A stretch of DNA of 21,838 nucleotides. Origin: a virus. The first letter of the stretch is position 1; each line of letters opens with the position of its first letter. The stretch lies in the IMG/VR virus record IMGVR_UViG_3300023371_000434; one strand, 5' to 3'. A program made the translations under genes and the position numbers. Below, piece after piece: positions 1 to 8,202 of the stretch. The notes beneath the pieces were generated by a model, which was given only the letters and a program-made list of their open reading frames with translations, did not search any database and was not told where the DNA came from.

Positions 1-336
1 CTTATTAGAAGCTATTTGTAAATATAAATATAAATTTACTTTGTCAGAAGCATCTTTTTTTACGATGTCATATATAATTTTACCGATTTTAACTTTAATG
101 TTTTCTGGCAAAATTCTATATGGAACTTTTATCTTTTTGTCTATTGTATATCCCAAAGAATCTGCAATTAAATTATCATTGTCTCTTACAGACATTAACT
201 CATAAGGTAATATCCCTTTCTTTTTCAATTCCTCGCCTATTTTTACTTTATTTTGGTTTCTAATAGGTTGAATTAATCCGTAAGTTATAAAACCATCATT
301 ATAAGTTTCATGCTTTAGTTTTTGTTTTTCATTCAT
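1..336 (-). CDS. Head-tail adaptor / head closure protein (partial; C-terminus beyond window)
   Basis: Not in the ORF track. ATG at 336..334 sits in an ATGAATGA overlap with the stop of the upstream gene. Hand translation MNEKQKLKHETYNDGFITYGLIQPIRNQNKVKIGEELKKKGILPYELMSVRDNDNLIADSLGYTIDKKIKVPYRILPENIKVKIGKIIYDIVKKDASDKVNLYLYLQIASNK stays open to base 1. Family call rests on gene order (after the gp6-like connector) and general resemblance. Confidence 0.5.
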   Translation of the reverse strand, partial: MNEKQKLKHETYNDGFITYGLIQPIRNQNKVKIGEELKKKGILPYELMSVRDNDNLIADSLGYTIDKKIKVPYRILPENIKVKIGKIIYDIVKKDASDKVNLYLYLQIASNK

Positions 337-616
337 TAGTATCACCTTCATTAGTTTCTATTGCATATTTAAATTGTAAATTTTGAATTTCATTTAGGAA
401 ATTTTTTTCAAAATATTCTTTAGAAAAGTTTCTTACATATCTGCAATAATCTTTCAATAAACCTTTAGCTACTAAATCTTTATCGTAATTAATCTCAGTA
501 CCTACCTTTTCAGATAGGTACTGTTTTGCCTCTAGAATTAAATCGTTTATCTCTTTATCTTCATCATCCCAAGTAACGTGAATATATGGTTTTACCTCAT
601 ATAGTAATTTATCCAT
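329..616 (-). CDS. Head-tail connector protein (gp6-like)
   Basis: 95-aa ORF immediately downstream of the capsid gene. Size and synteny fit the gp6-like connector family. Assignment is by position only. Confidence 0.5.
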   Translation of the reverse strand: MDKLLYEVKPYIHVTWDDEDKEINDLILEAKQYLSEKVGTEINYDKDLVAKGLLKDYCRYVRNFSKEYFEKNFLNEIQNLQFKYAIETNEGDTNE

Positions 617-626
617 CTAATCACCT

Positions 627-1766
627 CTATACTTCTGCAGTTAATTCTACAGCCTCGATTCCAGAAATATCAACATTTAAGAATGAATTGTTATCAACAG
701 GGAAACCATTTCCATATAATTTTCCTAGGTAAACTCTTTCATCTTCTAAGAAACGATATTCATCAGATTCTTCTATTTTCTTTGTTGAACCTAATCCCAT
801 AAAATATTTAGGAGCTAGTCCAACAACTGCTTTTCCTTGTGCAACAGCAGGACATTGTATAACATCTGTTGGGAATGGTAATACATTATTTACATATGTT
901 CCATTTGCATTTAATATTGTAGTTGCAGGGAATATTTTTGTTAAATAATCTATTGGATTTACTACCATTAACATTTTAGTAACAACTCTTTTACCTCCAT
1001 TTGTTAATTTAGCTGCTAAAGCACCCATTGTTGCAGGTTTTAAATCAGTTATAGGAAGAGCTTCTTTTTCAGGATAAACACCTTCTACAACTGCTCCTTC
1101 TAAATCTCTGTTCATACCTATTGGTTGGTCTTTACCTGTTCCTGTTACTATTCCTTCTTCAAGTCCAAGGCTTAATGCTTCAACAATAAATCTTCTTATG
1201 AAAGAATCTAACCAAGCTGGTCCTAAATCTAAATGAGCTTTACAAATTGGTAAGAAAGCACTTAATTTGTATAAGTTAACAGGTTTTTTATCAAATCCAC
1301 TTTCTAATTCTTTTTTGATTTCATCAGTTAATTTTCCCCACCATGCTGGAGTTACATCACCAGTTCTAACTATAAATTCAACCATTCCAGTAACATTTTG
1401 AAAGTTTATTACTGAAAGTATTGGATGTTGTGCCTCTAAATCTTCAAATATTCTATCAATTGTAGTAGTTGGCATTACTGCGTCTATATCACTTATTGAT
1501 TGATTAGCTTTCATTGCTTCAGCTAATTTATTGTAATATGTCACTTCTTCTGATGTTAATAATTTAGCTCCTCTTGATGTCATTATCATATTGTCATTGT
1601 TTGTTTGTCTCATTGTTTTTGTCACTTCCATAGTTGTTTCTTGTGCTACATATTGCATTAATTCTGTTAATGCTTCTACTTGTTTTGCATTGTCTCCACT
1701 TTCTACAGCTTCTTTCATTTTTGTTTTTAATTCCTCATTTGTTAATTTTAAATCTAAATTTTCCAT
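627..1766 (-). CDS. Major capsid protein, HK97 family
   Basis: 379 aa. N-terminal coiled-coil delta-domain-like segment (MENLDLKLTNEELKTKMKEAVESGD...) followed by a capsid-sized body. Lies directly after the prohead protease and portal. Confidence 0.85.
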   Translation of the reverse strand: MENLDLKLTNEELKTKMKEAVESGDNAKQVEALTELMQYVAQETTMEVTKTMRQTNNDNMIMTSRGAKLLTSEEVTYYNKLAEAMKANQSISDIDAVMPTTTIDRIFEDLEAQHPILSVINFQNVTGMVEFIVRTGDVTPAWWGKLTDEIKKELESGFDKKPVNLYKLSAFLPICKAHLDLGPAWLDSFIRRFIVEALSLGLEEGIVTGTGKDQPIGMNRDLEGAVVEGVYPEKEALPITDLKPATMGALAAKLTNGGKRVVTKMLMVVNPIDYLTKIFPATTILNANGTYVNNVLPFPTDVIQCPAVAQGKAVVGLAPKYFMGLGSTKKIEESDEYRFLEDERVYLGKLYGNGFPVDNNSFLNVDISGIEAVELTAEV

Positions 1767-1782
1767 TTAAATTTCCTCCCTT

Positions 1783-2595
1783 TTATTTTAAAAATTTATT
1801 TAAAAAAGACACCATTAAGGTATCTTGTTTTTGAACTTTTTTATTTTCTTCTAGACTATTTAATAGTCCCTTTGGTTCTTCATTTGCTGAACCATTTAAC
1901 AGATTATCACTGATTTCTTTAGCTATTTTATTTACTGTTTCTTCACTAACATCAATAACGACTGTTTTTTCTTTTTCTTGTTGTTTTAGTTTGTTTACAA
2001 GTTTTAATAAACACATATTTGCATGTTGATTTATAGAACTATTTGTTTTTAATTCTATTATTTCATCTGCAAATCCCATTTCTATACATTCATCTGCAGT
2101 TAAATATGTTTCTTCATCAAGTAATTTATCAAGTTTATCTTCTGTTATATTAACCTTAGATAAATATGCTTCTTTATAAGCTACAGCAATTTTATCCATA
2201 TCATCAGCAGTCTTTCTTAATTCTTTTGAATTTCCAACTGTCCAAAGCCAGCAATTATGTATCATCATTAAAGCAGTCTTTGGCATATAAATTTTATTTC
2301 CTGCCATTGCTATTATTGAGGCTGATGAGGCTGCAATTCCATCTATATAAACATTAATTTGTGCTTTATGCTGTTTTAATAAGTTGTATATTGCTAAACC
2401 TTGAAAAGTTTCTCCTCCGTATGAATTAATGTGAATATTTATTTCTGATATTTCTCCTAAATTTTCTAATTCTTGTTTGAATCCCCATGCTGAAACATCT
2501 GATTCATCCCATTCATAAGATGTTATATATCCATAAATATATAAATCTACAACGCTGTCTGATTGTTTTTCAAAACTATAAAACTTTTTGTCCAT
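1783..2595 (-). CDS. Prohead serine protease, ClpP (S14) family
   Basis: 270 aa with ClpP-like signatures INSYGGETFQGLAIYNLLKQH, IDGIAASSASIIAMAG and MMIHN. Lies between portal and capsid. Confidence 0.9.
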   Translation of the reverse strand: MDKKFYSFEKQSDSVVDLYIYGYITSYEWDESDVSAWGFKQELENLGEISEINIHINSYGGETFQGLAIYNLLKQHKAQINVYIDGIAASSASIIAMAGNKIYMPKTALMMIHNCWLWTVGNSKELRKTADDMDKIAVAYKEAYLSKVNITEDKLDKLLDEETYLTADECIEMGFADEIIELKTNSSINQHANMCLLKLVNKLKQQEKEKTVVIDVSEETVNKIAKEISDNLLNGSANEEPKGLLNSLEENKKVQKQDTLMVSFLNKFLK

Positions 2596-3710
2596 TACTT
2601 ACCTCCTTCCTGTTTTTGATAATTTTTGGTAATATAATGTGCATTAGCCCAATCTTCATCAATAAGTTCTTCTCCGATTGCTCTTAATAAGAAATTATGA
2701 GAAAATCCTATTCTTGTTAATACATCAAGGCTTCCAGCAACATCAAATATACTTATATGTTCAATTCTGCTAATATCTACCTTAATTTTTGAGCCTTTGC
2801 TATATGCTATTTCACCATATAATTTACGATTAATTTCATCTTCCAATAATTTTGCAACAGGTTTTACTGATAATGTTAATAAATTCTTTGTTTCCTCTTT
2901 GATTTCAGACAATTCTCCTTTGATAATTCCTTTTGGAATGTTAAAGGCAATTGCAACAATATCAAAAATTCCTTCGATTATTTTATTAACATCTTCAGAT
3001 GATGTCACGGATTTCTTTTCACTTTCAGTAAAATCAAATCCTTCTTCCATTGGTATAACCGCATTATCTGATGAAAAATAAGAACGAAACTTTGATCTTA
3101 TAGCTTCTTGTAGTTTTGCTTGGTCATCAAATTTTTGAGACCATGTTGTGTTTAATTTAACTTTTCCTCTTACACTTCTCGCTTTTCTATAATCATTCAT
3201 GCATTGAGTTATAAGTATTCCATAACTGTTGTATAATCCATCTAATAAGTTCTTTATCTTTGAATTATTTAACTTAAAATAAAAAACATCTTCCATGTAG
3301 TAAGTTTTGTTAAAAGTTAAGCCTCCAACACTTACATTTGTGAAAAATGTTTGATATAACGTTCTTTCGTTTTTAGAAAAAGAATCTGCAATGTAATACA
3401 TTCCATTTTCTTCTATAACTAACGCTTCATTGTCATAAAAAAGTTTCCATATTAATTCAGATTTAAATTCACTTGCATTTTGATTTTGATTTGGTTCAAC
3501 ATTGAACCTATAATAATTGTGTTTAAACACCTCTTTTTTATCTGTAAATGTTCTAATCTCTGAATTAGTTATTAATTTTGCTATTATATTTATTGCACTA
3601 GCTATTGCTAATTCTTTATAATATATTTCTTTAGCTACATCTTCAGCATAGCTGTTATAAAATGTATCATTTTTATTAAAAAATCTTCCAAAAACATCTT
3701 TTATGCCCAT
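2595..3710 (-). CDS. Portal protein, HK97 family
   Basis: 371 aa, located between TerL and the protease. Its stop overlaps the protease start. Size and position are typical of HK97-type portals. Confidence 0.8.
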   Translation of the reverse strand: MGIKDVFGRFFNKNDTFYNSYAEDVAKEIYYKELAIASAINIIAKLITNSEIRTFTDKKEVFKHNYYRFNVEPNQNQNASEFKSELIWKLFYDNEALVIEENGMYYIADSFSKNERTLYQTFFTNVSVGGLTFNKTYYMEDVFYFKLNNSKIKNLLDGLYNSYGILITQCMNDYRKARSVRGKVKLNTTWSQKFDDQAKLQEAIRSKFRSYFSSDNAVIPMEEGFDFTESEKKSVTSSEDVNKIIEGIFDIVAIAFNIPKGIIKGELSEIKEETKNLLTLSVKPVAKLLEDEINRKLYGEIAYSKGSKIKVDISRIEHISIFDVAGSLDVLTRIGFSHNFLLRAIGEELIDEDWANAHYITKNYQKQEGGK

Positions 3711-3725
3711 TTTCTTATTTCCTTT

Positions 3726-5381
3726 CTAAAAATCTATTGAATCAAATATTTGTGCATTCTCATTAATAACTGTTAATTCTTCTGATACTGTCATAGATGC
3801 AACAAATGCCATAAATCCATCTGTTTTTCTTGATTTTGGCTCTATTTTTCCAAACACTTTAGTGTTGTTCTGCCAAGGTACTAATTTTGTATTGTTTGTA
3901 AACCAACGCATTAAAGGATTGTCTCCCCATGCAATATTTTGATTTACAAATATGCTCTCAATAACAGGCTGTATTTTTGCAATATCGCTTGGTCTAACTA
4001 GCTTAACCTGTTCCTTATTCTTAGCATCAAACCCTATTTCGTTCATTTCCTTGCTTATTAACGCATATCTAAAATTATCAACTGCTATTTTCTTTATATT
4101 GTATATCCTGCCTTTTTCACTTATCCAATCAAATATTAGTTTAGGCTTTATTTCTACATCATCAACTTCCGTTAATAAACCTCTTGTTTGCCAATCTTTC
4201 AGTGGTGCTTGTATTCTTTTTTTATCTTTACTGTTTTTACAAAACCAAGAATGCGTAATTCCATAATATTTATTATCTTTTTTAAACAATAAAAATACAG
4301 ATGCAAAATCTGATAAACTTGCATAATCTATACCACAAACACATGACTGTCTTTCTAAATTAATTATTTCTTTGTTGGTTTTTTCAATTAAAGACCATTC
4401 TACAGCAACCTCTTCTTCTTTCTGCTCTGGCAAATTCATCCTTTTTGTCATAAATTCAGATATTTTACTTGGAAATAGTTTCATTTCCTCATAGTCTGTT
4501 TTTATTTCATTAAATAAATCTGGCATATATTCTAAAGATGGATTAGCTTTTATCCATTTTTTCTCATCATCTGCTTCCTCTTTTTTGTCTATCCTACATA
4601 AAAACGGATAATATCTAACTGTATTAGGCATTCCATTAAGTATTTTTTCACAAACATTTAATAATTCATCTAAAGGTCCACCTCTTACATATCCATTTGT
4701 TGTAATTATAAATATTCTTGCGTGTTTTACTTTACCTAAACCACTTTGAAATACTTTTATTTGTCCATCATTTTCATAAGCATGATATTCATTAAATAAT
4801 ATTGCACCATCTTTTTTACCATCTTTTGTTTTTGCATTAGATGTATTAAATCTGTAAAATCCTTTAGTTTTTTTATCTATAATTATTTCTTTGTTCCAAT
4901 AAAAATATTTTTCAAATTTTTTCTTGTTGTTTTCTAACATATCATAAACAACATTGAATGTATCTTGCGATTGTTCTTCTGAAGTAGCCACAATATCAAT
5001 GCTGTATTTAGGCACTCCATACAACCTAGATTGTAAAAAGTTCATTAAAGGAGACATCATTCCGTCTTTTCCGTTACCTCTTCCCATCAAGATTACAAAA
5101 GTTTTAAAGACTGGAATGTCATCTTTATACATAAAAACAAATGCATATATAAACTTTTGATATGGAAACAATTTGTAATACCATCTTTCACAATACGAAA
5201 TACATTTATAATATGTTTCACTATCAAAAAAAACATCCTCCCTTTTTAATAAAGGTTCTACGATGTTTTTTATAAGCAATTTTCTATCTTCATTTATTTT
5301 TTCTGGATTTTCTTTGCAATATTTTAAATAATCATCTATTTCCTTACAATAAATCATCCCCTTCATCTCCACCACCTTCAT
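3726..5381 (-). CDS. terL: Terminase large subunit
   Basis: 551 aa, Terminase_1-like layout with a P-loop-like LMGRGNGKDG and a C-terminal nuclease-sized half. Overlaps the TerS 3' end. Alternative starts at 5366 or 5357. Confidence 0.9.
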   Translation of the reverse strand: MKVVEMKGMIYCKEIDDYLKYCKENPEKINEDRKLLIKNIVEPLLKREDVFFDSETYYKCISYCERWYYKLFPYQKFIYAFVFMYKDDIPVFKTFVILMGRGNGKDGMMSPLMNFLQSRLYGVPKYSIDIVATSEEQSQDTFNVVYDMLENNKKKFEKYFYWNKEIIIDKKTKGFYRFNTSNAKTKDGKKDGAILFNEYHAYENDGQIKVFQSGLGKVKHARIFIITTNGYVRGGPLDELLNVCEKILNGMPNTVRYYPFLCRIDKKEEADDEKKWIKANPSLEYMPDLFNEIKTDYEEMKLFPSKISEFMTKRMNLPEQKEEEVAVEWSLIEKTNKEIINLERQSCVCGIDYASLSDFASVFLLFKKDNKYYGITHSWFCKNSKDKKRIQAPLKDWQTRGLLTEVDDVEIKPKLIFDWISEKGRIYNIKKIAVDNFRYALISKEMNEIGFDAKNKEQVKLVRPSDIAKIQPVIESIFVNQNIAWGDNPLMRWFTNNTKLVPWQNNTKVFGKIEPKSRKTDGFMAFVASMTVSEELTVINENAQIFDSIDF

Positions 5382-5721
5382 CTGGTGCTTTCAAATCTAA
5401 GTCTTGTAAAATCTTTAGCATCTGTGCATTCGTTTTTAATAATCTTTCACAGCTTTCATTAGGCTTATATGTTGTAAACCCATTTCCACCTGTTGATTTA
5501 TATCTTATTCCATTATCGTTTATGTCTTTTTTTAATCTTTCTTTTAAATCTACTAAATATAAATAATCTTCTATCATATCATCAAAGTGTTTTCCGAATT
5601 TTCCTTGCGAAATAAGTTGTGCTTGTAGATCCTCTTTTATAGCATTCTTCTTATCTGATGTGTTTTTTTCAAATTCTTCCTCTTTTTTTCTACTAGGTTT
5701 TTTTGTTGATTTGGTTGCCAT
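5344..5721 (-). CDS. terS: Terminase small subunit (P27-like)
   Basis: I place the start at the ATG at 5721..5719 (MATKSTKKPSRKK...), preceded by the RBS AAGGGGGTAGGAAA. The 28 extra N-terminal codons in the ORF track have no RBS. Size, basic N-terminus and position upstream of TerL fit a small terminase. Confidence 0.7.
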   Translation of the reverse strand: MATKSTKKPSRKKEEEFEKNTSDKKNAIKEDLQAQLISQGKFGKHFDDMIEDYLYLVDLKERLKKDINDNGIRYKSTGGNGFTTYKPNESCERLLKTNAQMLKILQDLDLKAPDEGGGDEGDDLL

Positions 5722-5825
5722 TTTCCTACCCCCTTTATACGCGTGAAAGTCATTTTTCTTTTGTCGTGAACCCTCCCCGTTCGAGAGCTTGTGAATTTTA
5801 GCCAAAACTTTTTAAGGGGGGCTTT

Positions 5826-6266
5826 CTATTTATCAAGATTATACTTTTCTGCTACTTTTATAACAGTATCAACAGTATCTTTATCAAACCTTATGTTATT
5901 TCTACTACATCTTATATCTATTATTGAATATGTATCCGCTTCTTTTAGTTTTCTCTTTAAATCATCTATTGTATATCTTTTACCACAACATACTGTTAAT
6001 GATGCGTAAAGTATTCCTTCATAATAGTTCTTCATTAATAGTTTAAACTTCTTTGATATTTCTTTTTCTTCATAAGTTTTATCTTCTTTATCTGTTATTG
6101 CTATTAAATCTGATATTCTATACTCCTTATCAAATACTTTAACTACAACATCATTTATTGTTTCCGCTTCTGTATTTACTTCATTAACATCTAATTCTTT
6201 TGATATTTCTTCTGTCTTTTCCTCTGCTTCTTTTATTTCTTCTTCTATCTTCTTTGCTCTTGCCAT
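5826..6266 (-). CDS. Hypothetical phage protein (acidic N-terminus)
   Basis: ORF-track ORF. I prefer the ATG at 6266 (MARAKKIEEE...), which lies 7 nt after GAGGAG and overlaps the HNH stop by 1 nt. Confidence 0.5.
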   Translation of the reverse strand: MARAKKIEEEIKEAEEKTEEISKELDVNEVNTEAETINDVVVKVFDKEYRISDLIAITDKEDKTYEEKEISKKFKLLMKNYYEGILYASLTVCCGKRYTIDDLKRKLKEADTYSIIDIRCSRNNIRFDKDTVDTVIKVAEKYNLDK

Positions 6267-6604
6267 TACCATCTCTCCTCATTAACAAATTTCTTTTTAT
6301 GTTTTATATTTTTAAATGGATTTTTATTATCAAGTATATTATGATGATGTACACATACTGTCATTAAATTATCTTTTACATATGTTAGCTCTGGATATTG
6401 TTCTATCTCTTTTATATGATGAACGTCTAGTTTCTTATTATGTTCCTTGATTGTTAGCTTGCCTTCTCTTTTGCATTCTTGACATTCGTAATTATCTCTT
6501 TTTAATATTTCTTTGCTTAAATAATCTTTCCAATATGGGTCATCATATATCTTTTTCTTTTTTCCGCTTCTAATTAATTCCCTTATCTGCTCTACTGTGT
6601 ACAT
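6266..6604 (-). CDS. HNH endonuclease (terminase-associated type)
   Basis: 112 aa with CQECKREGKL...VHHIKEI...CVHHHNILD (HNH with zinc-binding Cys/His). Sits just upstream of terS/terL, as in cos-type HK97-like phages. Confidence 0.85.
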   Translation of the reverse strand: MYTVEQIRELIRSGKKKKIYDDPYWKDYLSKEILKRDNYECQECKREGKLTIKEHNKKLDVHHIKEIEQYPELTYVKDNLMTVCVHHHNILDNKNPFKNIKHKKKFVNEERW

Positions 6605-6607
6605 TTT

Positions 6608-6838
6608 TTATTCTTCTATTCTCTCTATTATTTCAAAGAAACCTGCTCTAAACCAAAAGTCATCTATTCCTACAAATTTTAAACAGTCCATTCTTTCATC
6701 ATCGCATGGACAATCTACTATATCTTCAACTATTAACTCTTTATCTTTTAATCTTTCTTTATAGTTAAATATTTTAGTTATATTAAGTTCTTCCGCTTCC
6801 TTTTTGAATATAACTTTATCTCCTATTCTCTTTTTCAC
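6608..6838 (-). CDS. Hypothetical protein
   Basis: 76-aa ORF with a GTG start and a weak RBS. No recognisable motif. Confidence 0.4.
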   Translation of the reverse strand: MKKRIGDKVIFKKEAEELNITKIFNYKERLKDKELIVEDIVDCPCDDERMDCLKFVGIDDFWFRAGFFEIIERIEE

Positions 6839-7038
6839 TTTTCTTTGTTCCTTTCTTTACCTCGCTTTTCTCTTTTTGAGGTTTAACTTCTTTTACTTCC
6901 TCCGCATAAGCTTGTCCTTTAAACTTTGCGTTAATGATTTCTTTGCCTCGCTTTTCTGAAACTTCGTAAATATCTCCGTTTCTTAATATCTTTATTTAAT
7001 TGTTTATCTTTATAATCTATTAATGCTTTAATCTTCAT
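6816..7038 (-). CDS. Small phage protein requiring one +1 shift at CGGA (73 aa if recoded)
   Basis: ATG at 7038 follows GGGAGGAAAAG. The zero frame gives MKIKALIDYKDKQLNKDIKK then CGG and junk (RRYLRSFRKARQRNH*). Skipping one base at 6978..6975 gives ...DIKK-G-DIYEVSEKRGKEIINAKFKGQAYAEEVKEVKPQKEKSEVKKGTKKSEKENRR*. Length 223 nt = 74 codons + 1. Confidence 0.5.
6975..6978 (-). other. +1 recoding site AAA CGGA GAT
   Basis: In-frame CGG 18 nt into... see CDS 6816..7038; frame continuity is restored only by skipping one base here. Confidence 0.55.
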
Positions 7039-7309
7039 CTTCTTTTCCTCCCTTATTAAAGTTATTGCATATTTTATATATATTGTTTTGTTTGTCTATT
7101 TCTGTTTTTACTTTCCCTTTACATTTATGAATACACTCACAGCAAGAATTGTTTTTATTTAAACGCAATTTATTTCCACAGTGACTGCATTTATATACAT
7201 TACTCATGCTCTCTGATTTAATTAATATATAGTTATGCTCACATCCGAAACATTTGGTTTGTTCTGGACAATCTTTGCATTGAAATCTGAGACATAATTC
7301 TTTAACCAT
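7028..7309 (-). CDS. Cysteine-rich zinc-ribbon protein
   Basis: 93 aa with CKDC, CFGC, CSHC and CCEC pairs, consistent with about two zinc ribbons. Function unknown. Confidence 0.55.
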   Translation of the reverse strand: MVKELCLRFQCKDCPEQTKCFGCEHNYILIKSESMSNVYKCSHCGNKLRLNKNNSCCECIHKCKGKVKTEIDKQNNIYKICNNFNKGGKEDED

Positions 7310-7329
7310 TTTTCCTTTTCCTTTGTTTT

Positions 7330-7818
7330 ATTTATATACACTATGTAATGATATAAAGTAGCCCAATTCTACTTATGGTGCTCTTTATTGTTTTTTGTCC
7401 GTTTAGGTTGCAGGTCGCACTTCAAACCATAACTTAATATGTAAAAACCGTTAATTAGTTTATTCTATATCACTACATACTATATACACTACGCAAAATG
7501 CACATATAACAATATTTATAGAGCAGTCATATTGTTATAATTGAGTACATTCTGCGTACTATATACAAGTGTTAACTAGAATACACTTAAGGGCTAAATT
7601 TAACAATTTTTGAAAGGAGGTAATCCCAAAAGGAATTACAGGATTTATATTAACCTTATCTAGTATTGGATAATAACTTTATATTTGGGTGGGTCGGCAC
7701 CCCTACATCTCTTGTAAGACCCAATTGAATTACAGATAACTGACCTGCTGTAAACAGTGGCATTTCGCCAACATTCAGCTATTTCAATTTAGGTGTGATA
7801 GCTACCTTTCTATCCTCC
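7330..7818 (-). ncRNA. Candidate structured non-coding region (class unknown)
   Basis: About 490 nt with no convincing ORF on either strand, and locally more G+C-rich than its flanks. Hairpins: 7505-7515/7529-7539 (11 bp perfect), 7620-7627/7632-7639 (8 bp, needs a G:U pair only on the minus-strand RNA), 7687-7691/7698-7702 (GGGTG/CACCC). There is also a nested multi-stem element at 7723-7789. Strand is inferred from the G:U pair and from surrounding gene orientation. Confidence 0.3.
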
Positions 7819-7848
7819 AAATAAAAAGCACCCACAAAAGCGGGTGCT
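7819..7848 (-). terminator. Rho-independent terminator after the 42-aa ORF
   Basis: Minus strand reads AGCACCC-GCTTTTGT-GGGTGCT followed by TTTTTATTT, starting 13 nt after the stop codon. Confidence 0.7.
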
Positions 7849-7860
7849 TCCTTTAGGATT

Positions 7861-7989
7861 TTATTTGCTTACATAACCTGTACCTGCGCAATAGCCACAT
7901 GTGTCGCCGTCATCATCAACTCCTGTACCGTCGCAATCGGGGCACTCAACGAGTTCATCGGGTCCCAAGTAATCATAATCGTCAGACAT
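7861..7989 (-). CDS. 42-aa DnaJ-type zinc-finger peptide (two CxxCxGxG motifs), GC-rich moron
   Basis: Not in the ORF track. The RBS AAAGGAGC precedes ATG 7989. Translation: MSDDYDYLGPDELVECPDCDGTGVDDDGDTCGYCAGTGYVSK*. About 48% G+C by hand count, in a window that is otherwise clearly AT-rich. Has its own promoter and terminator. Confidence 0.6.
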   Translation of the reverse strand: MSDDYDYLGPDELVECPDCDGTGVDDDGDTCGYCAGTGYVSK

Positions 7990-8038
7990 GATGGATGCTC
8001 CTTTCGTTATAAATTAACCAATTGGTTTTGGCATCCAT

Positions 8039-8067
8039 ATTTTATCATTTTATGTATACTTTGTCAA
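8039..8067 (-). promoter_or_regulatory. Sigma-70-type promoter for the zinc-finger peptide
   Basis: Minus strand has TTGACA (8067..8062), a 17-nt spacer, then TAAAAT (8044..8039), about 50 nt upstream of ATG 7989. Confidence 0.55.
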
Positions 8068-8101
8068 CAAAAATAGAGACAAACTGTTTCCAATTTGTCT
8101 C
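8066..8101 (-). terminator. Rho-independent terminator after the RHH gene
   Basis: Minus strand reads GAGACAAA-ttggaaacag-TTTGTCTC followed by TATTTTTGTT. Confidence 0.6.
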
Positions 8102-8202
8102 CGCAAAACTTTATTACTACATCTATCGATGCATATTTGTTTTTCTCCCTACTATCATAATAACACGAAAAACTAATTCGTACTCGTACTTTTTTCGTAC
8201 CT

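Noticed and set aside
5722-5805. The 28-codon N-terminal extension of the TerS ORF (153-aa version).
   Set aside because: No RBS serves the upstream ATG. The internal ATG at 5721 is preceded by AAGGGGG at proper spacing, and the extension covers the G/C-run intergenic segment.
7687-7702. The hairpin loop CCGACC (minus strand) as an anticodon CCG for the CGG codon.
   Set aside because: It is an isolated 5-bp hairpin with a 6-nt loop and no surrounding tRNA architecture.
7723-7789. A tRNA-like cloverleaf in the non-coding region (7-bp closing stem plus internal hairpins, about 67 nt).
   Set aside because: It lacks a T-loop (no GTTCRANYC-like sequence), D-arm geometry, a proper 7-nt anticodon loop and a CCA/discriminator context. 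It is better treated as part of a larger structured region.
7330-7818. Naming the non-coding region as a specific Rfam family (ROOL, GOLLD or other).
   Set aside because: I cannot recall or verify the consensus by eye. It is reported only as an unclassified candidate to be tested with covariance models.
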